From Polyangiaceae bacterium (lineage in GTDB: Bacteria > Myxococcota_A > Polyangia > Polyangiales > Polyangiaceae), in assembly GCA_020846005.1 (NCBI GenBank), contig JADLEQ010000081.1, positions 8,783-72,782 of the forward strand: a DNA stretch of 64,000 bases, given 5' to 3'. This document shows positions 38,049 to 46,076 of the stretch, in pieces; the first letter of the stretch is position 1, and each line of letters begins with the position of its first letter. Below the pieces are notes generated by a model. The model had not been told where the DNA came from. It did no database searches and was given only the letters and a program-made list of their open reading frames with translations. A program made the position numbers and the translations under genes.

Positions 38049-41000
38049 TCAGTCGAGCGCGAAGAGATCCTCGAGGTCCTCTCGGGAGAGCTTCTTCGCG
38101 CCCGAGGCGTCTTCGCCCAGCACGCTCGCGACGAGGTCCTTCTTCTTCTGCTTGAGCTCGAGGATCTTCTCCTCGATCGTCCCCGCCGCGACGAGGCGGT
38201 AGACGGTGACGACCTTCTTCTGGCCGATGCGGTGCGCGCGGTCGCTCGCCTGGTCCTCGACGGCGGGGTTCCACCACGGATCGAAGTGGATCACCGTGTC
38301 GGCCGCGGTGAGGTTCAGGCCGGAGCCGCCGGCCTTCAGGCTGATGAGGAACACCGGGATGGTCGGGTCCGTCTGGAACCGCTCGATGCGCTCGGGGCGA
38401 TCCAAGGTGGAGCCATCCAGGTACTCGTAACGCACGTGGTCCTCGTCGAGCGCGCCCTGGACTAGCTTGAGCATGCTGACGAACTGGCTGAAGACGAGCA
38501 CCTTGTGCCCGCCCTCCTCGACCTCGTTCACGAGCTCACGGAGCGCGGAGAGCTTGCCGCTGTCCTCGGGCCCGAACTCTCGCGGTAGCCCGAGCAGGCG
38601 CGGGTCGCAGGCGGCCTGGCGGAGCTTGGTGAGGCCCGCCAGGATGTGGAGCTGGCTCTTGGCGACGCCCTGGCGCTCGACCTCGCCGAGCACCTGCGCG
38701 CGCACCTCGCGGAGCACCTGCAGGTACACGGCGCGCTGATCCGGTGCCAGGTCGACGATCTTGTCGACCTCGATCTTCGGGGGGAGATCCTTGGCGACCT
38801 CCGTCTTCGTGCGGCGGAGGATGAACGGGTGGATGGTCGCGCGCAGCCGGGCCGCCTGCTTGCTGTCGCCCTGGTCGATGGGGCGCGCGAAGCGCTCCTC
38901 GAACTTGGCGAGCGGCCCGAGGAGGCCGGGGCTCACGAACTCGAAGATGCTCCAGATCTCCGACAGGCGATTCTCAATGGGCGTCCCGGTGAGCGCGAGT
39001 CGACGTCGCGCGACGAGCTGCCGGGCTGCTTGCGCCGTCGCCGAGACGGGGTTCTTGATGTTCTGCGCCTCGTCGAGGATCGCGTAGTCGAGCTCGAGCT
39101 TGCTCAGGAGCTCGATGTCCCGCCGGAGCAGCGCGTAGCTGGTGATCACGACGTCGGCCGTCGTGAGCTCGTCCTTCTGCCCCTTGCGGCCGGCACCGTG
39201 CCAGAGCGCGGTGCTCAGCGTCGGCGCGAAGCGGTGGATCTCTCGGACCCAGTTGCTGACCACGCTCGTTGGCGCGACGATGAGCGCGCGGACGTCCTTC
39301 TGCTCCTGCTTCAGCGAGAGCAGGAGCGCGAGCGTCTGGATCGTCTTGCCGAGCCCCATGTCATCGGCGAGGACGCCGCCTGACGCGATCTCGTCGAGGA
39401 AGCGCAGCCAGGAGAGCCCCTGCTCCTGGTAGGGGCGGAGGGTCGCCTTGAGCGCCCGCGGCTTCTTTGCGGCCTTGATCTCGTCGATGTTCGCGAGCTT
39501 CTCGAACATGGCCTTGGCGCTCGCCGCGACCGTCGCGCTGGTCGCGTGCTGGAGCAGCTCCTGCACCCTCCCCGCCTGCGAGAGCGGGAGCTTGCCCGTC
39601 TTCCCGGCCGCCGCGACGAGCTCGATCTCGCGATCGATCATCGCCTGGACCTTGGTCGAGTCGATCTGGGCGTAGGTGTTGTCGCTGAGGCGCACGAACT
39701 TCTTGCCGTCGCGGAGGCAGCGCTCGAGCTCGTCCCGGTCGACGCCGATGCCGTCTGCCTCGTAGCTGACCTTGACCGCCAGCCAGTCGACGCCGCTCGA
39801 GACCCGGGCGTTCATGATGACGGCGCTCCGCCGGAGGCGGGTGCCGACGAGATCCTCCGGGACGTAGAGCTCCCACGTCCCGGGCAGGGCGCTCACGCCC
39901 TCCGACCAGAAGCGGATCGCCGCCTCCGCCTCGGCGACGAAGAACTCGCCGCTCTCGTCCGGGTCGAGCCCCTGCGCCAGCAGGATGCCGACCGCCTCCT
40001 GCTGGGCGACGATGTCCGTCCGGATGCAGCTCGTCCGCTTCTGCCCCTCTGCCGGCGGTCGGATCAGGACGGGGGGGGAGATGCCATCGGCGCGCACCTC
40101 GACCTCGACGTCACCGTAGCTCGCGCGCAGGGCCACCTCCGCGCGGGTGAGGTCGCCGGAGGCGCGGAGGCGGAAGCGCGGCGGGAGGTCGACCACGTCG
40201 GCGACCTGCGAGAGCTCGGGGAGGTCGGCGCCGACCTCGCCAGCGACCCGCGGGAGGCCCTGCATGATCATGTGGATCAGCTCGGAGGTGGGCTCGGCGA
40301 TGGTGGGGTTCCTGAGCAGGCGGCGGAGCGCCGCAGGGGAGACCCGGTGGTCGAGGGGGCGCGCGATCCCCTCGGTGGTGTCGACGTGCCAGCCGGGCGC
40401 GCCCTCGAACCAGCCGCCGTTCCCGAGCTGGAACCGCCGGCCGTCCGCGCCGCGCTCGAAGGTCGCCTTCACGACGATCGTCTCGCTGCCCACCATCTCG
40501 AGATCGAAGCGAGGGCGGAGGGTCTCGTCGGCGAAGCGGAGCTGCATCAGCGCAGGCTCGAGGAGGACGCGCCGGCCGTTCAGCTTGGGGAACAACTCGG
40601 CCGCGTCCTCGCCGCGGATGTCGACCGCCGGGTGGCGCGGGTTGCCGCTCTCGAAGCGGACCAGCACGCGCAGGGCGTCCCGATCGGGTGTGGGCGCGAG
40701 CGCCTGCCAGCCGAGCGCGGCGCTCGGGAGCATGGGGACGCGGGCGTCGGTGTCGAGCACGGTGACCGTCAATCCGCCCTGGCGGACGTGCATCCTGAAC
40801 TCGAGGTTCAACGCGCGGGCGGCGGCGTCCGGCATCCAGGCGCCGATGCCCGTGGTGCGGAGCAGGGCGTCGGTGGGCGGCGGCGGCGGAAGCCCGACGG
40901 CCACGGTGTGGACCGGCGCGGGGTTGCGCCGGCGGCGCTCCCTGCGGCGGCCGCCCTTCGTGTCGGCGAGGGCCGGCGCCGGGGGCGGGGGCGGGGGCGG

Positions 41001-41378
41001 AGGGGCGTCGCGGCGCGGGTTCGCCGCGCGCGCCTGGTTGCGGACGGTGATGAGCAGCGCGGCGACGTGCTTGCAGTGTTGGTTCGACTTCTGGAATGCC
41101 GGGCACGTGCAGGTCGAGGTGATGCCCTCGCCGCCGAGGTAGATCGCCACGTCGTAGGGGTCCGGGTCGGAGCCCTTCACTCGGCCGTGGGCGGCGCCGT
41201 CGTCGAGTCGCACGTCCTCCACGACGCGCCGCTTCTCGTAGTCGAGGCCGCGGAGGAACGTGCGCGCGCCGAGCAGCCGCCGCAGCCCACGATCGGAGAG
41301 CGTGGAGAGGGCGTCGGCGAGCGACGAGGCGGCGGCGGGATCTGCGGGGGAAGGGGAGGGAGAGTCGTTGGAGAGCAT
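38049..41378 (-). CDS. SNF2-family DNA-dependent ATPase with an N-terminal SWIM zinc finger
   Basis: Internal ATG gives MLSNDSPSP. The SWIM finger is CTCPAFQKSNQHCKH. The SNF2_N region has LRPYQEQGLSWLRFL, LADDMGLGKTIQTLALL and LDEAQNIKN. The helicase C region has VLVFSQFVSML, SLKAGGSGLNLTAADTVIHFDPWWNPAVEDQASDRAHRIGQ. Confidence 0.9.
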   Translation of the reverse strand: MLSNDSPSPSPADPAAASSLADALSTLSDRGLRRLLGARTFLRGLDYEKRRVVEDVRLDDGAAHGRVKGSDPDPYDVAIYLGGEGITSTCTCPAFQKSNQHCKHVAALLITVRNQARAANPRRDAPPPPPPPPAPALADTKGGRRRERRRRNPAPVHTVAVGLPPPPPTDALLRTTGIGAWMPDAAARALNLEFRMHVRQGGLTVTVLDTDARVPMLPSAALGWQALAPTPDRDALRVLVRFESGNPRHPAVDIRGEDAAELFPKLNGRRVLLEPALMQLRFADETLRPRFDLEMVGSETIVVKATFERGADGRRFQLGNGGWFEGAPGWHVDTTEGIARPLDHRVSPAALRRLLRNPTIAEPTSELIHMIMQGLPRVAGEVGADLPELSQVADVVDLPPRFRLRASGDLTRAEVALRASYGDVEVEVRADGISPPVLIRPPAEGQKRTSCIRTDIVAQQEAVGILLAQGLDPDESGEFFVAEAEAAIRFWSEGVSALPGTWELYVPEDLVGTRLRRSAVIMNARVSSGVDWLAVKVSYEADGIGVDRDELERCLRDGKKFVRLSDNTYAQIDSTKVQAMIDREIELVAAAGKTGKLPLSQAGRVQELLQHATSATVAASAKAMFEKLANIDEIKAAKKPRALKATLRPYQEQGLSWLRFLDEIASGGVLADDMGLGKTIQTLALLLSLKQEQKDVRALIVAPTSVVSNWVREIHRFAPTLSTALWHGAGRKGQKDELTTADVVITSYALLRRDIELLSKLELDYAILDEAQNIKNPVSATAQAARQLVARRRLALTGTPIENRLSEIWSIFEFVSPGLLGPLAKFEERFARPIDQGDSKQAARLRATIHPFILRRTKTEVAKDLPPKIEVDKIVDLAPDQRAVYLQVLREVRAQVLGEVERQGVAKSQLHILAGLTKLRQAACDPRLLGLPREFGPEDSGKLSALRELVNEVEEGGHKVLVFSQFVSMLKLVQGALDEDHVRYEYLDGSTLDRPERIERFQTDPTIPVFLISLKAGGSGLNLTAADTVIHFDPWWNPAVEDQASDRAHRIGQKKVVTVYRLVAAGTIEEKILELKQKKKDLVASVLGEDASGAKKLSREDLEDLFALD

Positions 41379-43426
41379 CAGAGGAATGTCGACAGATGGA
41401 GGGACACGAGCGCGGCGCCGAGGGCGGCGACGAGAGACAACGGGGCGATCGACGCCGGCGCGGCCGTGCGAGGCGACGCCGGGGCGGCGAGCGACGCTCG
41501 GGCAGACGCGAGCGCGGCGTTGGCGGCGCCGGCGGTCGCCAGCACCAGCGCGCACAGCGACGCCGCGATCGCGAACGCGGCGAGCGCCGGGGCGGCGCGC
41601 GCGGCGTCCTGCCGGGCGGCGAGCAACGCGCCGAAGAGCACCACGGGGGCGCCGAGCGTCAGCGCCACCACGGGCCACAGCCACGAGCGTGACGCGACGG
41701 TGAGCGTGTCGAGGCAGGCGCGGTAGCTCGGCACGAACGCCTCGCGCGGGCCCGGCGCGCTCTCCACCTGCCGCGTGATCTCACCGCGCGCCACGCGCCC
41801 CGCCCGGGTCGCGGAGCGCAGGGCGAGCCCGAGGACGGCGACGACGAGCGCCGTGCCGAGCAGCGCGCTCGGGGGCGTGAGCGCCGTCGGCGCGGGGCTC
41901 GCGCCGACGAGGGCCGCACCGACGAGCAGGCCCGCCGCGCTCGCGCTGAGCGCGAGGTGGGTGCGGGCGGCGCCCGCGGCGAGCCCCTCCCCCGGGAGGG
42001 TGCCAGCGGCCGGATCCCCACGGCGCACGGCGCGGTCGAGCTCGCGGGCGGTGTCGAGCGTCCGAAACGCTCCTGCCGTGGCGAGGGACAGCGGCGCGGC
42101 GGCGAGCCCGGCGGCGAGCCCGAGGAGGAGCGGCTGCGACGGGGCGGCGGCTCCCCCGAGCGCGCCCGTCGCGGCCGCGAGCGCGCCGACGAGCGCCAGG
42201 AGCGCGCCGGTGGTGGCGAGCGTCGCGCCGGCGCTGCCGGGGCCGGCGGGTTCGCCGTCTCCGGTCGTCGACTCCGCGAGTTCCCGCGCGAGCGGCCCGT
42301 GCGGGCGCGCGAGCGCGCGGAGCGCCCAGGAGAGGGCGGGCGGAGCGAGGGCGCCGATCGATGCGGCCGCGACCAGCGTGGGGGCGGAGTCCCGCGCGAG
42401 CCAGAAGCTGGCCGCCGCGCCGCCCGAGAAGGCGACCGCCGCGCCGACGAGCTGCGAGCGACCCACCGGCGCGAGGACGCTCTCCCCCTCGCGTGAACCC
42501 ACCGCGAACGCCGCGCTGGCCGTCGCCACGAGGCCGAACGCGCGCGCGAGGAGCGGCAGCGTGACGAGCGGGCCCACCGTCGCGAGGCCGCTCGCCGGCC
42601 CGGCGCCCCAACCCACGACTCCGAGCGTCACCGCGACCGCGGCCAGCGTGTGCTCCGCCGATCTCGCCGCCACATCGAGCGCAGCCGCCGACCCGGCGCT
42701 CACGAGCGCAGGATCGCGTGAGTCGGCTGCACCGAGCAGCGCTCGCCCCCGGTGGGTGCCCGCGGCGGCTCCGGCTCCGAACGAGCCCGCGACGTGGTGC
42801 ACGACCAACGACGCCGCGAGCGCGCCGAGCCCAAGCTCGGGGAGATGCGCGAGGAGCCCGGCCGGCGGCGCGCCGCTCGTGGTGATCCACGGGATACCGA
42901 CGACGACGAGCGCACCGGCGCAGGCCAGCCCGTCCGCGCCGAGCGCCGCTGCGGCCGACGCGCGCATCGCCAGGGTGAGGGCGCCGCCGCCGCCCGCCGG
43001 CAACACGACGACGACCCGCGGCGCGGCCGCGAGGCACGCGCGCGCGGCGAGGTGCGCGCTGGCGAGCACCGCGGCCGCCCCCGTCAGGACGGCCAGCACG
43101 GCGAACGGGACCGCCGCGCGGGGACCGGTCGCGGCCCTCGCCGCGCCCACCGCGACCGCGAGCCCGAAGGCGAGCAGCGCCGCGCGCCGGTGGGCGCCGC
43201 TCAGGACCTCGCCGGTCGCGGCGTCGAGGGCGCGCGCAGCGCGGACGCGCTCGGCCGCGCCGGCTGGGCGCCCGCGCACCCAGACGAGGAGACCGGCGGC
43301 CGCGGCGAGCGCGGCGACGCACAAGATGGAGAGGAGCCCTAGCTCGGTCACGGGTCGATCGGGGTCGGCCGCCGTCCATGCCTCGCGCCCCGCTGCTGGG
43401 GACGCCTGCCAAGGCGAGCGGGTCAC
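41378..43426 (-). CDS. Polytopic Ala-rich membrane protein resembling a catalytically degenerate membrane pyrophosphatase (H_PPase family)
   Basis: 682 aa with high GC3 in this frame and many hydrophobic segments. Blocks line up by eye with M-PPase conserved blocks, but the acidic residues are replaced (see findings). The stop overlaps the SNF2 ATG (TGATG). The start is uncertain. Confidence 0.5.
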   Translation of the reverse strand: MTRSPWQASPAAGREAWTAADPDRPVTELGLLSILCVAALAAAAGLLVWVRGRPAGAAERVRAARALDAATGEVLSGAHRRAALLAFGLAVAVGAARAATGPRAAVPFAVLAVLTGAAAVLASAHLAARACLAAAPRVVVVLPAGGGGALTLAMRASAAAALGADGLACAGALVVVGIPWITTSGAPPAGLLAHLPELGLGALAASLVVHHVAGSFGAGAAAGTHRGRALLGAADSRDPALVSAGSAAALDVAARSAEHTLAAVAVTLGVVGWGAGPASGLATVGPLVTLPLLARAFGLVATASAAFAVGSREGESVLAPVGRSQLVGAAVAFSGGAAASFWLARDSAPTLVAAASIGALAPPALSWALRALARPHGPLARELAESTTGDGEPAGPGSAGATLATTGALLALVGALAAATGALGGAAAPSQPLLLGLAAGLAAAPLSLATAGAFRTLDTARELDRAVRRGDPAAGTLPGEGLAAGAARTHLALSASAAGLLVGAALVGASPAPTALTPPSALLGTALVVAVLGLALRSATRAGRVARGEITRQVESAPGPREAFVPSYRACLDTLTVASRSWLWPVVALTLGAPVVLFGALLAARQDAARAAPALAAFAIAASLCALVLATAGAANAALASARASLAAPASPRTAAPASIAPLSLVAALGAALVSLHLSTFL

Positions 43427-43573
43427 GACACCCGAATCCCGCGCCGGAGACCCCGACGGAGCTTCGGAGCGCGCTCCCCGCTGGAGCGGCGCAACCGCGT
43501 ACGGACTCCCACCTAGCAGCGACTCGACCGCCCCGCAAGCCCGGATGCCGGCCCCCGCTGCCCGGACCTCCGC

Positions 43574-44698
43574 TCAGGGACTGCAGGCCCCGAGCCACGC
43601 CGGGGCGCTGAAGCCGCGGCACGTCTCGCCCGGCGGGCAGCCACCACCGCCCGGTGGCCCGCCGACGGTTCCGCTGGTGGGTGCGCCCGTCTCCGACAGC
43701 TTGCAGAGCCAGCGACAGTAGCCGGAGTCGAACCCGCTCGGGTAGACGCAATGCTGCGAGTCGCCGCAGTCGTTGAGGTAGACGCAAGGGCGACCGAGCG
43801 TGCTGCCCGCGTCGACCTCGTAGTTCGGCGCGCTGCACTCGATCTTGCCGCCGCTACGAAGATGGCAGTCCGTCTCGAGGCCGGCGGGGCAGTCGCCCGC
43901 CCAGGGCGTGCACGGCGGCGCGTACGTGCACACCAGGAGCTTCGCCGCGCCCTGGGCGTACTGCAGCGTCAGCTCGCAGGATCCCGACGCGCCACACAGC
44001 TCGACCTGGCGCTCCGCGCAGCAGGGGCGGGTGCACTTGCCGAGGGTGCAGCGAAGCCCCGGCGCGCACTCGGCGTGGGTCGCGCACGACGAGCCGCGCG
44101 GCAGCGCCCCTGCGCCCAGGGTGACACACGCCGTGGACCACGGGCCGCCGTCCACCGCGGCGAGGCTGCACGTGAGACCGCCGTCGCAGTCCTGCGCCTC
44201 GAGATCGCACTCGCCGCCGGTCACGTTGGTCACGCTGCCCGGCGGACACACGCCACCGCCATCCGGGGCCGCGCCTCCCGCCCCGCTGGCCCCAGCCGCG
44301 CCAGCGGCGCCGCCGGAAGGCGCGGCGTCGGCGCCGCCCGCGCCACCCGTCGCCGCGGCGGCGGCGCCCGCGGCGCCGCTCGTGCCGCCGCCGCCCGCTC
44401 CGCCGAGCGCTCCTGCGCCGCCCGCGCCGCCTGCGGCGCCGGAGTCCGAGCAGTCGCAGGGCAGGTAGCCCGCGCCGTCCGGCGCGCAACGCTTCGTGCC
44501 GTCCCCGCCGCCGGGGCAGGTGCAGGCGAGCTCCAGGCCAGGGCGGCAGGTGCGATCGTCGCCGTCCCCGCTCGAGGTGCAGCCCGCGCCGAGCGCGGCG
44601 AGCGCTGCCATCGCGCGGAGCCCGAGCGCCCAGCGGCGCCACGCCGCGCTCCGGAGCGCTCGCGGGTGCTGGGGGCTCCGGTGCCGCATCGAGCGCAT
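43574..44698 (-). CDS. Cys-rich secreted lipoprotein with a Gly/Ala-rich linker
   Basis: Internal ATG gives MRSMRHRSP...AMAALAALGAGCTSS (lipobox). A GAAGGAGGAG...-type linker follows. The rest is Cys-dense, with repeated C-x-x-x-x-E/D-C-x-x-G-L/H-x-C motifs. Confidence 0.65.
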   Translation of the reverse strand: MRSMRHRSPQHPRALRSAAWRRWALGLRAMAALAALGAGCTSSGDGDDRTCRPGLELACTCPGGGDGTKRCAPDGAGYLPCDCSDSGAAGGAGGAGALGGAGGGGTSGAAGAAAAATGGAGGADAAPSGGAAGAAGASGAGGAAPDGGGVCPPGSVTNVTGGECDLEAQDCDGGLTCSLAAVDGGPWSTACVTLGAGALPRGSSCATHAECAPGLRCTLGKCTRPCCAERQVELCGASGSCELTLQYAQGAAKLLVCTYAPPCTPWAGDCPAGLETDCHLRSGGKIECSAPNYEVDAGSTLGRPCVYLNDCGDSQHCVYPSGFDSGYCRWLCKLSETGAPTSGTVGGPPGGGGCPPGETCRGFSAPAWLGACSP

Positions 44699-44830
44699 GC
44701 TACCACGCCGCGTTGCACCGGGAGCAGGGCGTCGCCGCCCGAGGCTGCGGCCAGCGGCGGCGGACTGCGCGGCCGCCGCAGTGCGGCCGTGTTGCCGTGT
44801 CGCCGTGTGGCCGCGTCGCTGGGCAGCTGG

Positions 44831-45055
44831 GTCGCCCTGTCGCCGGGCGCCCTGTCGCCGGGTCGCGCTGTCGCCGGGCTCACCGTCGCCGGGTCGCGCT
44901 GTCGCCGGGCTCACCGTCGCCGGGTCGCGCTGTCGCCGGGCTCACCGTCGCCGGGTCGCGCTGTCGCCGGGTGGCAGTGTCGCCGGGTGGCACTGTCGCC
45001 GGGTGGCACTGTCGCCGGGGGCACTGTCGCCGGGCGGCAGTGTCGCCGGGTCGCC
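44831..45055. repeat. Array of about 14 GTCGCCGGG cores at alternating 15/16-bp spacing
   Basis: Read directly. A 31-bp unit TCGCGCTGTCGCCGGGCTCACCGTCGCCGGG occurs 3 times, followed by 16-bp units TGGCACTGTCGCCGGG about 5 times. The array lies between the Cys-rich lipoprotein gene start and the 3' end of tRNA-Leu. Confidence 0.9.
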
Positions 45056-45099
45056 CCGTGGCCGAGGTCACGACCACCCGGCGCTGCGCCGCGGTAGGG

Positions 45100-45182
45100 T
45101 ACCGAAGGTGGGACTCGAACCCACACGTCCTTGCGGACAGCGGATTTTGAATCCGCCGCGTCTGCCGTTCCGCCACTTCGGC
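45100..45182 (-). tRNA. tRNA-Leu (anticodon CAA)
   Basis: The reverse strand reads GCCGAAGTGGCGGAACGGCAGACGCGGCGGATTCAAAATCCGCTGTCCGCAAGGACGTGTGGGTTCGAGTCCCACCTTCGGTA. It has a 7-bp acceptor stem (G1-U72 wobble), anticodon loop TTCAAAA, the long variable arm typical of Leu, and a GGTTCGAGTCC T-arm. CCA is not encoded (followed by CCC). Confidence 0.9.
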
Positions 45183-45258
45183 GTGGCGGCGGTGCGTAGC
45201 AGAGGGCGGCGCGGACGTCACCCGCCCGCGGCGGAGTCCGCGCGTACGGCGGCGCAGC

Positions 45259-46065
45259 TCACGAGCGGACGCGCGCCGTCGCGATCACGGTGTCGAGCAC
45301 GTAGAGCTCCCGGCGGCGGTCGCCGGCCGACAGGTACGGCGCGCGGGTGAACGGCCCCGGCTCCAGCCCGAGCGGCTCGAGCACCCCCTCGACGAGCGCC
45401 GTCGCGCCGATCTCCCACGTCGGCCCGTCGATCGGCAGGCGCTCGAGCGGGTCGTGCGTTCTGCCCCCGTCGTACCAGTGGGGCCGGTACGGCAGCGGGA
45501 CGGATACCACCAGGGAGCCTCCGGGGGCGAGGCCGTGGCGCGCGCGCTCAAGCAGCGTCCGTGGTCGGGCGGTGCGGTCGATCACGTTGAGGAGCGAGAT
45601 GACGTCGTACGGCGAGCCCGGCACGCCGTCGCTCGCGACGCCGGGCGCGTGCGTCACCCACCCGCGCCGCGCGAGGCGAAGTCGCATCGATCGCGCGGCC
45701 TCGGTGACCACCACCTCGTCGAAGCCCGGCGCCAGGTGGGCGGTCACCCCGCCGTCCCCGGCGCCGATGTCGAGGAGCCGCCCCCGGCGGGCGTCCCCGA
45801 GCAGGCGCTGCCACTGCTCGGTTCCCAGCAGGAAGAGCGGGTACGTGCCGAGCAGGCCGTTGACCTCGAAGTCGGAGAGCCAGGGGCGGAGGAGCGCGTG
45901 GAGCGCGCCGCGCAGGCGCCCCGCGCGTGTCCGCCCGAGCGTGGCGAGGAACACCTCGGCGGCGGGGTCCGGCTCGAGCTCCACGAACCGAGGCCGCAGC
46001 GCCGGCGGCAGCCGCTCGCGCCTGCAGGAATAGACGAGCGGCGGGCGCTTCGGGGGCGCGGACAT
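45259..46065 (-). CDS. METTL9/DREV-like class I SAM-dependent methyltransferase
   Basis: Internal ATG of ORF 45259..47256 (MSAPPKRPPLVYS). FEVNGLLGTYPLFLLGTEQWQRLL, RLLDIGAGDGGVT (motif I), YDVISLLNVIDRTARPRTLL and PYLSAGDRRRELYVLD resemble animal METTL9 along the full length (my recollection of that family). Confidence 0.8.
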   Translation of the reverse strand: MSAPPKRPPLVYSCRRERLPPALRPRFVELEPDPAAEVFLATLGRTRAGRLRGALHALLRPWLSDFEVNGLLGTYPLFLLGTEQWQRLLGDARRGRLLDIGAGDGGVTAHLAPGFDEVVVTEAARSMRLRLARRGWVTHAPGVASDGVPGSPYDVISLLNVIDRTARPRTLLERARHGLAPGGSLVVSVPLPYRPHWYDGGRTHDPLERLPIDGPTWEIGATALVEGVLEPLGLEPGPFTRAPYLSAGDRRRELYVLDTVIATARVRS

Positions 46066-46076
46066 CGGGAGGCCGC

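Noticed and set aside
38049-41378. SNF2 helicase as part of a phage-defence system (DISARM/BREX/Zorya-like)
   Set aside because: There is no adjacent methyltransferase, PLD nuclease, DUF1998 helicase or other defence hallmark. The neighbours are a membrane protein and secreted proteins. SWIM-SNF2 proteins are also common stand-alone bacterial genes.
41378-43426. Annotating this ORF simply as a functional hppA (H+-pyrophosphatase)
   Set aside because: The positions that should hold the [21 protein letters not shown] and GGAWDNAKK acidic/lysine residues read as Ala, Ser or Gly in my by-eye alignment. An active-enzyme call is therefore not supported without a real alignment.
41781-43838. 685-aa minus-strand ORF and 648-aa plus-strand ORF (41775..43721) competing with the PPase-like ORF
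   Set aside because: One is Arg-rich and the other Ser/Ala/Pro/Arg-rich, and neither has hydrophobic periodicity. The chosen frame (41378..43426) has high GC3, TM-like segments and M-PPase-like blocks. Its confidence is still only moderate.
44831-45055. Possible CRISPR array, considered both here and at 28567..28712
   Set aside because: The periods of 13-16 bp, with 9-11-nt conserved cores and 5-6-nt near-identical 'spacers', are far too short for CRISPR. There are no unique spacers and no cas genes in the window.
44230-45221. Several ORFs (44230..44883, 44880..45221, 44911..45126, 44496..45350) that translate the GTCGCCGGG array as repetitive peptides (SPATARPGDGEPGDSATRR and similar)
   Set aside because: The repeats are open in multiple frames and on both strands, which is characteristic of non-coding tandem DNA. 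These ORFs also run through the tRNA-Leu gene.
45100-45258. Genomic island or integrase at the tRNA-Leu locus
   Set aside because: There is no integrase, excisionase or transposase ORF and no direct repeat of the tRNA 3' end on either side. The flanking genes look chromosomal. Only the tandem array is unusual.
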